Origin: Camelus ferus
Lineage: Eukaryota
Length of the DNA: 64,000 bases
Reading direction: 5' to 3'
Assembly: GCF_009834535.1 (NCBI RefSeq)
Contig: NC_045697.1
Span: 92,692,001-92,756,000, forward strand
The translations under genes and the position numbers were made by a program. Positions 12,970 through 27,040 of the stretch are shown here, piece by piece (positions within the stretch are counted from its first letter, which is position 1; the number at the start of each line of letters is the position of its first letter). The notes under the pieces are model-generated. The model was not told the origin of the DNA, did no database searches, and saw nothing but the letters and a program-made list of their open reading frames with translations.

Positions 12970-13352
12970 TGTTGTAGACTGAGTTGTGTTTCCTCCAAAT
13001 TCATATTTTGAAATCCTAACACCTAAGGTGACTGTATTTGGAGATGGGTCTTTAAAAGGAGCCAGTTAAGGTTAAATTAGGTCATAAGGGTGGGTCCATA
13101 GACCAATATGACTGGTATCCCTATAAAAAGAAGAGACACCAGAGATCTGTATCTCTTCGTACCTGCAGTGGTCCTGTGAAGACATGTGAGATTATAGCCA
13201 TCTGCATACCAGGAAGAAAGGCCTCACCAGATACCAATCGTGACAGCAATTTGATCTTAGATTTCTAGCTTCTGAAAGTGAGAGAAAATAAATTTCTGTT
13301 GTTTAAGTCACTCAGCCTGTAGTATCTGTTATGACAGTGCTAGCTGATGAAT
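12970..13352 (+). mobile_element. MLT1A-type solo LTR (MaLR)
   Basis: tgttgtagactgagttgtgtttcctccaaattcat...aaaataaatttctgttgtttaagtcactcag; flanks ctaag/gtaag resemble a 5-bp TSD. Confidence 0.88.
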
Positions 13353-15029
13353 GTAAGTCATTCAGTTAATCAGTTATTTTAAATATTTGGTTACAGATGG
13401 TCATTAAATTATAGTACCTTTTGGATAGATAAATATTCCATATCATGTTTCTTAGGTTTTCGTCAAAATGTACCCAAATTGTATAGTTATGTGTTCTTTT
13501 CATTTCACAAGTAATAGACTTCCTAAAAATGATCATATTGTCCTAGTAAGTGCTGATAGTTAAAAATACTGTATTTCCTTTTAAATTTTACCAATCCATA
13601 GTCCATAAGAAATATTACCATATTGAAGAGTTTTTATCATTGACTGCAGTTCATATAATGTGATTTTAAATACACTTATGCAAGAACAACTAATAACTAA
13701 TAATTAAAAGAAATCACATGCAACTCTTGAAACAGTTTCTTAATTGCAACTCATTAAACAAAATTGCAGCATATTATCTCTATTATAATACCCAAAATAG
13801 AATTTTGTAATGGTCTTTCTGTCACTCTTCCATGCATTTTAGCATTAATTTATACTATCTGATATTAAAGTAACTTTTACAGTCGGGTAGACTTTATGTT
13901 ATAAATCATACAATCTAAATTGTTTTTAAAGCTCAGAACTTATTAGGATAATAGTTGAATTTTCAGTCAATATTAATAGCTCACTCAAGGTTATAAGAGC
14001 CAAACTAGGTGATTGCTGTTGTATCATTTGCATAGTCTCTTTTAAATCAACTTTTATGTTTGTAATAATTCATTCCATAGTACTTTAATATGCTATATTG
14101 CTAAAAGAAAAAAAGTGATTCTACTAAAAAATTACAAAAAAAAAATGCCATGCTAAAATGTGTCTGTATCTTCCATTAGAAGTAAATTCTCAGGCATTTA
14201 GATGGAAATCACACATATTCTGATATAACTCTATTTTGTGAGTTGGCTAGACTACTCTAAGTCTAGTAAACATATATTTAACCTACTATTTATCCTAAAT
14301 ACCAATAAAATTATGCAATGACTAAGAAAATTATGGATTCACATTTATATGGGGAAGCCATTATTTCTTATTGAGGTTATATGTGTTCTCACCATGTAAA
14401 GGCAATGTTGACTATTGAGAAGGTAATCAAGCCATTGAAAAGAGACATTCCACCAAACCAAAAATGCAAATTTTGAATGAATTTTTAATTGTCTTAAAAG
14501 AGTTTAGTAAGTAAAGAGCCAAAGTAACTCATATACACATAGAAAGGCAATCTTTGTCCACATTTTCTATCCCAGCTTATAATTTTCCTCAGGGTAGGGA
14601 TCATCTCTTTTAGTCTGTTTTATTGCAAATCTTAGCATGAGATAACTGAAATCATCCTTAATGTGTACATTAATACTTTTGAAAAATCTAAGTGCAAGTT
14701 ATAGCATGACATCACCATTTCATAATGTTTGATCTCTTTTGATTTTGTCTTCCACTTCTCCAAAGGAATAGGATCAATTTGATGTAAACTCTTCACTTAT
14801 AATCCTTCCCACCTTAACACATACCTAATTTAAGCTGATCTTCATGACAGAGGCTTGAGTATGCAGATACATGTTCCTTGTCTTTTATCAATTCTTTGTA
14901 TTCTAGGTTTCTGTTGCATGTATTTGTGTATGCACTTGCTAGAAAACCTACTTAGATATCTTTCTTTGTATAAACAAACACTTAAAACAAATAAAAATAA
15001 ATGTAAAACCCTGTCCCATCCCTTTCTGC

Positions 15030-15429
15030 CACTTAGTCAGTTTGAGCTGCTTTAATAGAATACCATAGACTGGGTGGCTTAAGTAACAAACATTAATTTC
15101 CCACAGTTCTGAAGTTTGGAGAGTCCAAGATTAAGGTGCTGACAGATCTGATGTCCTGTGAGGGCACTCTCTGCAGTTAGCAGGTAGCCATCTTCTTGCT
15201 GTAACTTCACATGAGGTGGAGGAGTGATGGGGTCGGGGGTGGTGGGGTTGGAGGGGAAAGAAAGGGAGAGAGCTCCTTCCTGATTCTTCCTACAAGGGCA
15301 CTAGTCCCTGAAGACTTCACCCTTGTAACCTAATTACCTCCTGAAGGCCCATCTCCAAATACTGTCGCATTGGGGATCAAAGCTCTAATATATGAATTTT
15401 GAAGGGGATCAATATTTCAGTCCATAGCA
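15030..15429 (-). mobile_element. MLT1A-type solo LTR (MaLR)
   Basis: ttagtcagtttgagctgc...ccatagactgggtggcttaa...ggcccatctccaaatac...ttcagtccatagca. Confidence 0.88.
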
Positions 15430-15489
15430 AGACACATGGTAGGTATTCAGTAAGTATTTATTGAAGAAATCAGGAAATGAATATCAAAA

Positions 15490-16430
15490 CCCTCACATTA
15501 CTCCAAAATGCCAAATTCACATTTTCAAGCATGTGGAAGCTGCAATAAATTTCAAATTCATGATGTACGGACTGACTTAGTTAATTCGAACACTTCCATG
15601 TAAAATTTTTGACTTCCTGAGTTGCAGGATATCCCATCTCAAACCGTTTCATGGCTTGGTCAACCAAGCCAAATTTGAGGTTACTGTTGCTTGAGATAGT
15701 ACATTAACATTTTGACCCCTCTTTTTGTCTCATCATCTTATCATTATAAATTTGTGACTAAAATGCTATAAAATCTGTCAACCCATTATCATTTGATTCT
15801 ACCTACTTTATTCATATCCACTGACAGAGTATTAAATCCAGCATCCTCTTCTCTCCCCTGGAATCTTATAAAAGCTACATAACAGTTTTTACCGTTCTCA
15901 AATGTTTTCCCAGGTATTGCCAATTATTTCCTGATCCAAGGAAATAAGTGACTTTTTTGTTGTTAACAGTAAGATAAAATATTTTACATGACAATATATG
16001 ATGCGTAATGTTTAACATGTAGGCCTCTCTAGGTTTCCTGTCTCATCTCTTGCCACTCCTATTCTCAGTTCTTATTCTTGGCCCCAATAATTAGCAGAAT
16101 TTATCTCTGCTTATGCACCTACTGTTTCCTTTCTTGGAATGTCTTTTTTCCTATTCACCTAGAAAATTCTTAAGATCTCACTAAAATATTACTACTTTAG
16201 GAAACGTTTTCTGATTTCTCTAGATTTAGAACTCTTTTCTCTGATTTTAATAGGATTTTGCTTACATTCCCTTTACTCATTTCTTTGCAAGTCTCTCTTC
16301 CTCAGAAACTGTTAGAAATAAGGCAAGGATTATGTCTTACCGATCTTTGTTTTATTAGTGCCAAGTATTGGCATTTATACTGCACTCATAAAACATTGAG
16401 AGAATAAATAAATGTATGATGAATGAGGAA
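15490..16430 (+). mobile_element. L2 LINE 3' portion
   Basis: Pyrimidine-rich L2-like body ending aggcaaggattatgtctt...cactcataaaacattg...aataaataaatg. Confidence 0.7.
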
Positions 16431-17319
16431 TGTGGCAGGGTCAGAGGATAAAATGTGAGATAAGAACTTGATAAGACATATTTTATTCTCAGGAGATTGT
16501 AAATATAATGTTGGAAGAATACAAAAATGATTTATGATCAAATAAAAATAATGTAGTTATTTGGGTTGGAAGGAGGGTCAAAAGATTAATAATGTTTGAT
16601 TTAAACTTCAACATGTATGTACAAAGGTATATCAGAATGGGATTTAAAGTTTTATTTGCAGACAGTATTAAAGTCAGCATTTCTGGAAAACTTAGACAAT
16701 GAAGGATAAATTGGATATTTCAAAATAATAAAATAAAAGAATATAATGGAATAAGTACTAGGAATATACATCGTAATATTAAATGCCAGTTGTTTTTATG
16801 TGATCATTCATTTCAGGAAAACCAAATGATATTTACTTTTTGATCTTTACTTTCTCTAATGTCAGAAGAGATCATGATTAATTAATATCTGAAAAGATAT
16901 TTTTAATATCAATATTAGATTATGTCCAAATTTTGGCCTACAATTAAGTGAGAAGAAACTATTATCACAGTGTCTCTCCAGTACTTTAATATATCCATAT
17001 TACTATATGTCATCTCATGATTATTGTGATGAAATCACATTTAAAATACCTGAAGAATAATATCACTGAATATTAATATCATTTGTTGATAGAAAAGAAT
17101 GCTCCAGGTACAAAATAATGAGTAAAATATACTGAAAGATTAATTATATTGCTCTTAAAATATTTTCTTAAAAAGTACAAATAAAAATTAAAATAAAGCA
17201 ATATATATATGTGCATGTATATTTAAAGGGATAATATATAAACAATTTTCAAAACAATAAAATGAAAATTGTAGTGCTAAGTGGTATATATCAAATGTAT
17301 GAAATATCAGAATCACATG

Positions 17320-17505
17320 TTAATAGTTTCAAATATATTGATTCTCCACCTTTCTAACTGTAACTTTAAGGAAGTTACATCAGTTCTCTCAGGTTTCCTC
17401 TTAGTTAGATTGGGGACACTAATAGTAGGCATGTAATATGGGTGTAAAAGATAAAAGAGATGGTAATGCGTATGAGATGCTTAGCCTGGTGCCTAGTTCA
17501 CAATT
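17320..17505 (+). mobile_element. MIR SINE
   Basis: ctgtaactttaaggaagttac...ctcaggtttcctc...gatgcttagcctggtgcctag. Confidence 0.7.
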
Positions 17506-20312
17506 GTAATAGTTGTTAACATTCTCATTATTCCTGAACAGTATCTAGAAGAAACCCACCTTTAACAATACAGCTCTACTGGACTGAATTTTCATAATTT
17601 ATATTAAGTAGTGAAAAGTGAATATTTTGGTCAAGCAAGTCCATTGGAAGTAATTTTAAACTGTAGTCATTATAAATACAATTCTTAAACTCTCTAGTAT
17701 ATACATAAATTACATACTTTGAACTTACTTATGTTTAAAGCAAATAATAGTTGTAGATTAACAGCTTCAACAAACTTAGATGTTCTGGAATTTTCCTTTT
17801 TCACAACCACACTGAATGCCAATATATTAGAGTATATAAACTGTGTTTTCAGGCCAAAAATTCATGATGGGGTCAGCACTGTCTAGTGTCAACCAGAATA
17901 TATTTGATGTATGAAAGGACATAATTTATTTGGTGCAACATCTAAAATAAAAAAGATTTATCATTTGTCATTTTTAAGTTATAATGATGCAGTTAACTCT
18001 CTTTACTTGCCTCAAAGGAGTTATCACAAACGTATTATTGCAGATGATACAGAATCATCTGTATTTTTTGAAATAAGACACTCTGAAGATCCAGGTTGCA
18101 AGGACAACCTTATAGAGGACGCCAAGTTTGGAAATTAACAGAAATAGAGAGACGGCAGAGCATGGTATAGCTGTGTAAATGGATTGAAAAGCTCAAGGAA
18201 AAGTTAAAATAATTAGAAAGAGGAAAAAAAAGAAAAGTAGAAACAAGTTAGTTAAAATGTATCAAAATAGTACATTATTAAAATTATAATTCTTATGTCT
18301 TAAAACAAAAACATCCAGAAGATTATTTGTTTCTTCTTCACTGCATATAAACCTGATGTCATTCTTTTTAAGACAAATCCGTGAAAATAGCATTTGTTTT
18401 CATCTTAAATTGCAGAAACTTAGAGTTGTTTTGTAGAGCCCATGAGGGAAGGGATGATGACCTGAAGAGGGGGAGGAGTGATCCAATACCCTGTTGTTTA
18501 TAACTGGAGTTCAGTGCCATTCACCAGTATTGAAAATCTGATCAACCAGATCTGGTCATGTTGACCTCTCCACCCACCCCCAATCCAAGGAAGAGAATTG
18601 AAAATAAACAAAAAGCAATTTAAGACATTGGTCTGTACCTTTTACCTAATAATTGAGAAGTTGGGTTCAAAGAAATTTCCCTACTGTATTCATATAATGG
18701 TTTTCATTTTAAGCTGTAGGATTTTCTTCAAATTACAAATTTAGGAAGAGAAAATTGCAATGCCAAAAATATCATAGGCTATAAATTCCTTCTTTACATT
18801 ATATACGTTTCATGTTAAGAGTGTTTTTTAATCATGTAATCTCATTTATGTAGAAGTATTATTTTAGGACACATTTTGAAATCCTAAGAGCTTCTTGTTG
18901 CAAATTATCTCCCTTGATTGTTACTGTTAATTCAAATCATTCAGAGAGAGTCCACTTGTTTTATTCAACATTCCAACCATTATTGTCTTTGACAGTTAAA
19001 AAAAATCCACATCCATATATAGTAGGATTTATTGTTGAATAGCAAATAGCTGAAGTAGAATAAAACATGCATTTTTTGATGTAAACATATTAAAATAGTA
19101 TGCATGTAAAGCATCTCTCTTAAAGTTAGGTTTGTCTTACAAAATGCATAAATTACCAGATGGAAAACCCTTGTGAAAGAAGAATAACAGGTTATTATTA
19201 TCAGACATAATCGGTACACAATGAGTAAAATAGGGCAGGTAATTCCCACCCTAATTTTTATAATTTGTAGTTGAGTTTTTTACTCTTTACCTATAGTACA
19301 CATTGCTCAAGGGTGTGTACTGCCTAGAAGTCATATCTTTTGATTTCTAGTCCAGGGATCTTAAGAAAACCATGTTTTCTACATAAAACATTTCTTCTTC
19401 GACAAATGATGATGATTAGGATGATGATGGTGCTAATGATAATTTAAAGCCACCAAGGGATAAGAGATTGGTCAAATACTATAATATAATGCACACAAAT
19501 GAAGATAATGGGCATAATAGATGAATAAACTAAATTGAAAAAACAAATGGAAAATAACAAAGCACAAATAAATTTGGTTAAGAGAAGCATGAATAATGCA
19601 TCTTTAGATTTATTAGAATAATAAATCCTGTCCTGGTAGTTGAAAGACATACACATGGCAAAAATTTGGATTTTTCAAAATTTCTGAGTAACCCATATCA
19701 CATGTGAAGCAAATTTCCAGCTTTTATAGGATTAGTAGTTAGCGATAATTAGAGAATAACATTGATTACACGTATAATACTTCGTCTAGTTGAAAAATGA
19801 ACATTTCAGTTGTTTTGCTTAGAAAATCCCAAACATCACATTTAACTCTTTAATTTGTATAAATTTTTAAATTATTTTTCCATTCAGAGATCAAGATTAG
19901 TGGCGGAAACAAAAACTTCATTTCTATAAATACAATTTAAACTCTAAAAGGAAGGAATACCTTCTAAAATCACTTCAGCAGAAGTAATCTTTATCCTCAG
20001 GTCATGGCTGTGGCAGCCTTGGTCGTGCTAGATTGAATAACTTGCCTTTCACTTTCTATCTGTGTCTATAATTTGATTATCATTAAATGAACCAGAAAGT
20101 AAATTTGCTTCAACAATGAAAACCCACAGGCTAATATGTCAGCCTTTTAACAAGATTTATTCTTTAATAAATAGATACACAATGAGAAAAAAATCTAATG
20201 AAAGGCAAAATAAAAATTCTCATTATATAACTTCAGGCCACAGACTGAAATTTGGAGGAAAAAAAAATGCATTAAGGCCTAATGCCTAAACATCTAAAAA
20301 GTTGCATAATAA

Positions 20313-21960
20313 TGTAATGGTATACACCTGACCGAACTCTGGAAAGGACTTCAGAAAAGCATGGGAATCTTCCTGGTGGCAACAGAATCAGTGGCCTCAG
20401 CTCCCCCACCCGCTGTGTTCCATGCTTTCATCCCCTGAGGGACATGAGAGAGGGAGTGGTCATCTCTTTTTGGTAGAAAGTTAGCCCAACTGCCAGAATT
20501 GTCCCGTGAGTCCTCCTATAATCCAGGCATTGGCAGATTCTGCTCTTTGCCAGATATAGGTATCTTGTCTCCAAGTCACACTTGCTTTTGTCCTTTGCTG
20601 CTCTTGCCTATACCTTTCTGCTTCTGTCTATAAGACTTTGCCTCTTCCTCTTGTAACCATTGTCCCTAGCATACCGTGTTATACATTGGCAGCATACACT
20701 GAACCTTTGTGGGAACTGAGAAAAAAGCTTCCCCTTTGTTTTGATCACTTCACTATACAAAAACAGAATGGACCCCCACCCAGAATTTGGTTTGGTTATT
20801 TAGATTAATGACAACACATATGCACTAAAAGAAAATGAATGTATTTATTGTAACTCACATAATGAAGAAAATGGTGGCTGCCAAGCAATACTGAAAATAG
20901 ATTGAGAAAGTCAGGAAATGAGACTGACTTGGGAGTTTTACAGTGATTAAGGCATGAGGCTGGAAAGAGGGTTCCCTGGGAACAAAGCATTGTGTGGTTT
21001 GACCTTCCCACTGGTACCAAAGGAGGAGCACCTAGGATTTCTTATCAGCTTGACCAGATGTAGGGTGAGGGAGAAAGGAGATGGGTATGATTAAAAACTG
21101 TCACCAGTACAACATCAAAAAATGGACATCCTTTATTATACCCTGTGGAGAAATAAATTTTAAAAGAAAGAGTCTCTTCTGGGAAGGTCTATTATAAAAA
21201 GGCATGGCTTCCTCCATGACAACACAGCCTCACAAAGTGTATAACTTGAGTAATAGTGCTGGTTGGATTTCAGTCCCTAATTCCACCACCTTGGTCGTGA
21301 CTTTAAGTAGGACACCACCAGCTTGATCATTCATAGGATGCATGAATGGAATTCTGAGACAGCCTGGCTTTTAAGGATAGGAAGGATGAGGGCTTCGTGG
21401 GCTGATTACTGAGATCTGAGATAATTCCATGGGAATTGATAACAGCATGTTGAACACATTGTATGGCCAACAAGACAGTAAATGAATCTTTATTGCATAT
21501 TAATAAGAAATAATTGAGGAGATGGTTGCAGGGAGAGTGCTGGGATATATGTTCAAAGACAGCTGTACAAACACTGTTACGAGTATTGCTAATATTCCTC
21601 CAAGTATGGACACTTCCTCACCAATCTGTGCTCTGTCTCAGGTTGATCTCATTGTAATGAATAGTCCTATAATTTGTCCTGAATAAGCAGAAGGTTCCAC
21701 TTCCAGGTATCAGTTACAGAGATATGCCCTTACACTATGCGTTAAAGGACAGAAATTTGTGACTGCTATGGACAGAAACCAGGTGAGTCTTTACAAGTCT
21801 ATCTAGGTTGCCTTCAAGGTGGGAGGTCAGAAAGACTAATGCCCATTCAGAACGAATGGCAATAGTTGGGGCATCTTACAGCTTAGCCCCTCCCTCAGTC
21901 TGTTACCTTATGACCAAGAGTTGTTTTTAGTGTGTTCTGACTGTTAGAAAGAGTTTTTTC
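20313..21960 (+). mobile_element. Old LTR element (LTR plus decayed ERVL-like gag/protease internal sequence), interrupted by a MER54-like LTR
   Basis: Starts TGTAATGG and is GC-richer than its flanks. Near 21740-21795 one frame reads CVKGQKFVTAMDRNQVSL, resembling a decayed protease F..LLDTG.QVS. Inference only. Confidence 0.4.
20737..21140 (-). mobile_element. ERVL-class solo LTR (MER54-like)
   Basis: ttcttatcagcttgaccagatg...aaaactgtcaccagtacaacatcaaaaaatgga...tttatta; flanks ccctt (20732-20736) and ccctg (21141-21145) fit a 5-bp TSD. Confidence 0.75.
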
Positions 21961-22104
21961 CCTTTTAGGAAGATGTCCTTGTGATAGACAAACTCATTTG
22001 AAAAAATGTATATGACACATTGACTGGTACTGGACTATTCCTATTCTAAATTGGATTTAAAAAGCTAATAAAGGTTACAACCTAGAAAATAAGCTCATAA
22101 AACA

Positions 22105-22400
22105 AAATACCTATAGTTAACAACACCATACTGTATACTTAAAAATTTGCTGAAAGGGTAAATCTTATGCTGTATACTGACCACCATCACCACTAATACT
22201 ATTACTACTATTACTGCTACTAATAATAATAAATTTAAAAGTATCAGAGGAAACTTTTGGAGGGAATGGATATATTTATGGCATATATTATTATGATGGT
22301 TTCAAGGATGCATACTTATTTCCAAATTTATCAAATAGTATATGTTAAATATGTATAGCTTCATGTATGTCAATCATACTTCAATAAAATGTTTTTTTGA
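22105..22400 (+). mobile_element. L1MC-type 3' end
   Basis: tatagttaacaacaccatactgtatacttaaaaatttgctg...gaggaaacttttggaggg...gtcaatcatacttcaataaaa. Confidence 0.8.
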
Positions 22401-22679
22401 CAAAAAGAAAAAAACTCATCAAAAGAAATCTAGATAAATCTAATTAAATTTGTAAACCACTGAAAACTCTCCTTGCTCTTTTGTTAAAATCAGGTGAGAA
22501 TCTAAGAGACAGTGTTCTGACAAAGGGGCAGCAGATGCACCAGAATAAAGCAGATTCCTTAAAACAATGATTATTGTGCAAGTCAAGATTGAGAAACTAC
22601 TGAACTCAAATCCCTAGGTCTCAGCTAGAAAGCAAAGCGGCTCGGATAGTCATATGGGCTTGCATTCAGGAGTTGCATA

Positions 22680-23293
22680 CGGTAGGTAGCAAACAAAGAA
22701 GCAGTTGTTGATGTGTACAGGAATCCCTCTGCGACTTGGAGCAGGGCAGAGGGAGATGGCAGAGGAAGACTCCACTGGTTTCCCAGGTCTTTGGAGAGGA
22801 TTACAGCCAGCCCCTAGATGTGTGCTAAATTAGAAGCATGACTTTTTGGCAGAAGCTTTCAAAGTAAATGGACCCTTTTCAGGGAAAGACTGGGAGACGG
22901 GCATTTCTGCCTGTTTCTTCTGCACTTAGCCCTGGAGAGAGAGCACAGTGAATGCTCACAAGCTCAGTAACAACTGTGCTTGTGTTTGCTATAGTCTTGT
23001 AGGTCTCGTGGCCACAAGGCTTGTTGGCTTTCAGAGGTAAGAGTTTTGGGGGCCCGTCCTTCAGATTCTTTAAAGTTGGGGTGCTAAATGTGAGATTCAA
23101 ACCTTTGCCTCTCATGCAGTTGGGAGTTTTCTCCCAATTGTACGGCACTGTGCTGGGGCTGGGGCTTACCGTGAGGAGATGATATATTAGCGTTTCCTAT
23201 TTCTCATTCACCTGATGTGTAAGAGCCACTCGGCTAGTTTCTGGATTTTTTTAGAAGTTATTGCTCCCTGAGTAGCTATACATTTAGTGTGTC
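22680..23293 (-). mobile_element. L1 5' UTR fragment (laurasiatherian L1M-type)
   Basis: gctatagtcttgtaggtctcgtgg...ttggctttcagag...aaagttggggtgctaaatgtg...gctatacatttagtgtgtc matches a reverse-complemented L1 5' end. Confidence 0.7.
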
Positions 23294-24740
23294 TCTGTTT
23301 TCTATATCATTGATTTTTTTGCTCTGATTTTATTATTTAATCCCTTCTGCTTGCTTGGGTTTGATTCATATTATTTTTTCTAGTTTTTTTAAGATAAAAG
23401 TTACGTTATTGATTTGAGATTTTTTTCTGTTCTAATATAGTGTTTTAAATGCTAGAATTTCTTCTAAGTGCCACTTTAGCTGCAGTTCCTAAGTTTCAAC
23501 ACGTCAATTTTGTCTTCAGTCAGTTCAAAATATCTTTTTCAATTTTTTATTGTAATATTTTAATTTGACCCATGAGTTATATAGAAGTTTGCTGATTTCC
23601 AGGTATTTTGAGATTTCCCAACTTTCTTCTGTTAATTTCCAGTTTAATTTTATACTGGTTGGAGGACATACTTTGAAAGTATTTAATCATTTAAATTTAT
23701 ACTTGTTTTATGGCCTAGTATATTCTTTCCTGGAGAATGTTCCCTGTGTTATTGAAAAAAAAAAGTCATTTTCTGTCGTTGGGTACAGTGTTCCACTTAA
23801 AAATCAGTTAAGTAGAATTTTTTGATAATGCATTTCAAATTTTATGTTTCCTTTCTGGTTTTCTAACTTCATTGTTAAATCAATTTTTGAATGTGGAGAA
23901 AAGAAAAATCCAACTATAATTGCTGAATTATCTATTTCTTTCAATTCTGTTAGTTTTCTACTTTATATACTTTCAGCTTTGTTGTTGTCAGCATATACAT
24001 TTGTAATTTTTGTATCCCTCTGACGTATTGACCTCCTTAATTATTATAGTATCCATTTTTGTCTCTACTAATATTACTGCTTTAATGCCTTTATTTTTAG
24101 ATATTAATATAGCCACCCTAACTCTTATGGTTGTTATATGCATGATATTTCTTTTTCTATTCTTTTACTTTCACCTTTTTAAAAAAAATTTAAAGTGTGT
24201 TGAGTAGACAACATACAGTTGTATCTTGCTCTTTTTTCTGCTCTTTCAATATCAGCTCTTTAATAGGAGAGTTTGATCCATTTACATTTAATGCAGTGTG
24301 TAATTTATTTCTTGTTTTCTACATCTCATGTCTATTTTTCTCCCCCTCTTCTTCCTTTATTGCCTTCTTTCCCATATTTTTTTCAGTATGTTATTTTAAT
24401 TCTTCTGCAGAGTTTCACTATGTATACTACGTCAGGTTATTTCCTTTGTATTAATTCTAAATATTGTATTCATCTTAGCTTATCACCATCTACCTTACAT
24501 TAATACTGACATAATTAAATAGAACATCACAGCATTGCTCTAATTTAGCTCATTTTCCTCTATCTTCCTTTGATTTTTATCATCATATATAATATACCTA
24601 TATATGTTAGAAAACTAAGAATATAATATTTTAATTGTTTTATATTATCTTATAAAATTATAAAGAAATTTCTTTAAAGAAATTAAGAAAGGAAAAGAGA
24701 AGTTACATATTTGTACAGTCTTATATCATCATTTATTGAT
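23294..24740 (-). mobile_element. Old L1 (L1MC/MD-type), ORF2 endonuclease region
   Basis: T-rich with L1 antisense words (ttgacccatgagttatatagaag; ctggagaatgttccctgtg; tccaactataattg; ccatttacatttaatg). Confidence 0.8.
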
Positions 24741-25037
24741 ATATTTATGAATGTTTGATTTTGATCACTAATTTGTTTTTTGAATGAATTAATAAACAAA
24801 CATTATTTTACTGTTGTCATTCATTTCAAAACATGTAGATTGAAAATGCATTTTGCTTAATGATATTCTAAGTTCAATTAAATTGATGTTTAAAGATGAA
24901 AAGGAAATATATTGATAATATAATTTTCAAAATTATATTTTATTGTATTATAATTTTGTGATCCTAGTATTTAATAAAAAATAAAAAATACAGAATGAAA
25001 TGAGAATGGATATACTCTCTGTTTTAATAGAACTCAC

Positions 25038-25414
25038 TATTATAGGCTAAATTGTGCCCCCACTCAGAAAAATTTATATGTTGAAGTCCTATCCTCCAGT
25101 GTACCTAAGAGTGTGACTGCACTTAAAGATAGGATCTTTAAAAGTTAAAATGAAGTCATTAAGGTGGACCCTAATCCAATATGACTAGTGTTTTTATAAG
25201 AAGATCTTTGGACCCAGACATGCACAGAGGAAAAAACATGTAAAGACACAGAAAAGATGTCCATCTACAAGTCAAGGCAGAGATCTCAGAAGAAACAGTC
25301 CTGCCAATACAATACCTTAATCTCAGATTTCTAGCTTCCAGGGTTGTGAGAAAATAAATTTACGTTGTTTAGTTTGCTGTGGCACTTGCTACAGCAGCCT
25401 AGAAAACTAATACA
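25038..25414 (+). mobile_element. MLT1B-type solo LTR
   Basis: tattataggctaaattgtgccccc...ggaccctaatccaatatgact...cagcagcctagaaaactaataca; flanks ctcac/gccac. Confidence 0.88.
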
Positions 25415-25705
25415 GCCACCCTTTTGATTTATAGTTGTTTTTAGAAAAAATTTGTTCTTTTCTCAGCTAACCAGATAATATTTGTTTAATAAATGTATAT
25501 TTAGATTAAAACAAAAATAATATTTTTGAATTAAAAACAATAGGGCTATCTTAACAGTTTTTTTTTTTTAATTTACTGAGTCACTTGTGAGTATATACAA
25601 ACTAGGAAGCTCAATATTAGGAAAAACTTTATAAAAAATGTTTTAGCCTATCTCTATCATCTGAAGAGCTTATAACAAACATATAAATGTGTATGAATAC
25701 ATATT

Positions 25706-26088
25706 CAGGTATCCTCTACTTTTCAAAGGTTCATTTTATGCCACCTCATTTTTACAAAAGAACCATATATTAGTAACTGTTTTTGCTAAATGAAAGAAAT
25801 ATGAAAGGGATTTTACAGGAAAGGCAAAAACCACAAATAGCATTGAATGTTTGTTTTGGAGCAGTCTTTTTGAGAGGCAGTGTGTACCCAGGGCAGTACT
25901 GCCAAGCTTCTTCCCCAGGAACCACACTCAGCTTCTCAGCATCAAGCTGCCATAGCTTTGAACTGGGTCTGTAAGATCAGTCCTTTATCAAGATGTGTCC
26001 TAAGGTAATTGCTTCTTTGCTTTATGCCATTTCAAGTTTACAGAAATTTCCTAAGAATGCTCTCCTTTCAGATAGCGGGGGAAACTTG
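25706..26088. mobile_element. TcMar-Tigger-type non-autonomous element with terminal inverted repeats
   Basis: Left end caggtatcctctacttttc and right end cagatagcgggggaaacttg are imperfect inverted repeats; interior resembles a remembered eutherian Tigger MITE. Confidence 0.7.
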
Positions 26089-26759
26089 TGTATACAATTT
26101 GAATAAAAAATAAAGGAACAAACTCAATCATTTATAGCTCCCTTTCCAATTGTTTTCCTATTTCATAATTTAGTAGATTCCATATGGCCCTAAATTTGTT
26201 TAATATAAGAATAGTTTGAAGTTAGAAATCATTTAAACTTTTTCAGATTGATTCTTCACTTCCAAGTGAGAAAACAGATGACTTTTTCTTCATTGTGCCA
26301 TAAATTTATCACTTACAAACAATACATGTAAAGATATTTCCATAATCATCATATAAACTTAGATTTGTGTTCTGAAACAGCATACTCTATTTGCAATTAG
26401 TGAATTTCAGTGAATTCCTGGTCAATTTCTAAAATATATTTTATTTTTATTTTTACTGAAAATAAATTAAATAAAAATGTGACTTGAAAAACTTCAGTGG
26501 TGATAGAATAAAGTATCCAATTACATAACAAGATATTGAAATATTTTCCCTGTTGATCACATTACTTGCTCAGTACTGTTTGTGATATTTCTTAATATAT
26601 TTGCAGAATTTAAAAAAATAATTAATTTTTAAAGCCTAGGGAATACATAAAACATTGAGAGTTACCATAGTATACTTTTTCTCTACTCGATTCAAGTCCT
26701 CAAGCAAATAGGAGCCTCTTATCCTTTAGTAAGAACGTGTAAGTGCAAAGCATCACAGA

Positions 26760-27040
26760 GAGATTGTGAAAACAAGAATCTTTCAGGCAGACTGACCGAG
26801 ATGTGGAACTTAGGAAGTGGAATTTGGAGGCGTGAGTTCAAATACAACTTCTCCTACTTATTAAATAGGAGTGAACTATTTAAACTTTATAAGCCATGCT
26901 TTTCTTATCTGTAAAATGTCATAACAAACATGCCTTGCCAAATTAATGAAATTATTGTGAGAAAATAATTGTAAGTGTGTGTGTTTACATGTAAAGTGTT
27001 CGGTTAATTAGGAATTAACCAAACATATGTATTATATATT
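26760..27040 (+). mobile_element. MIR SINE (composite, diverged)
   Basis: gagttcaaatacaacttctcctacttat...ttttcttatctgtaaaatg...attattgtgagaa...catgtaaagtgtt. Confidence 0.7.

Noticed and set aside
18447..18547. Possible C/D-box snoRNA (ATGATGA ... CTGA about 90 nt apart)
   Set aside because: No convincing terminal stem and no recognisable rRNA guide.
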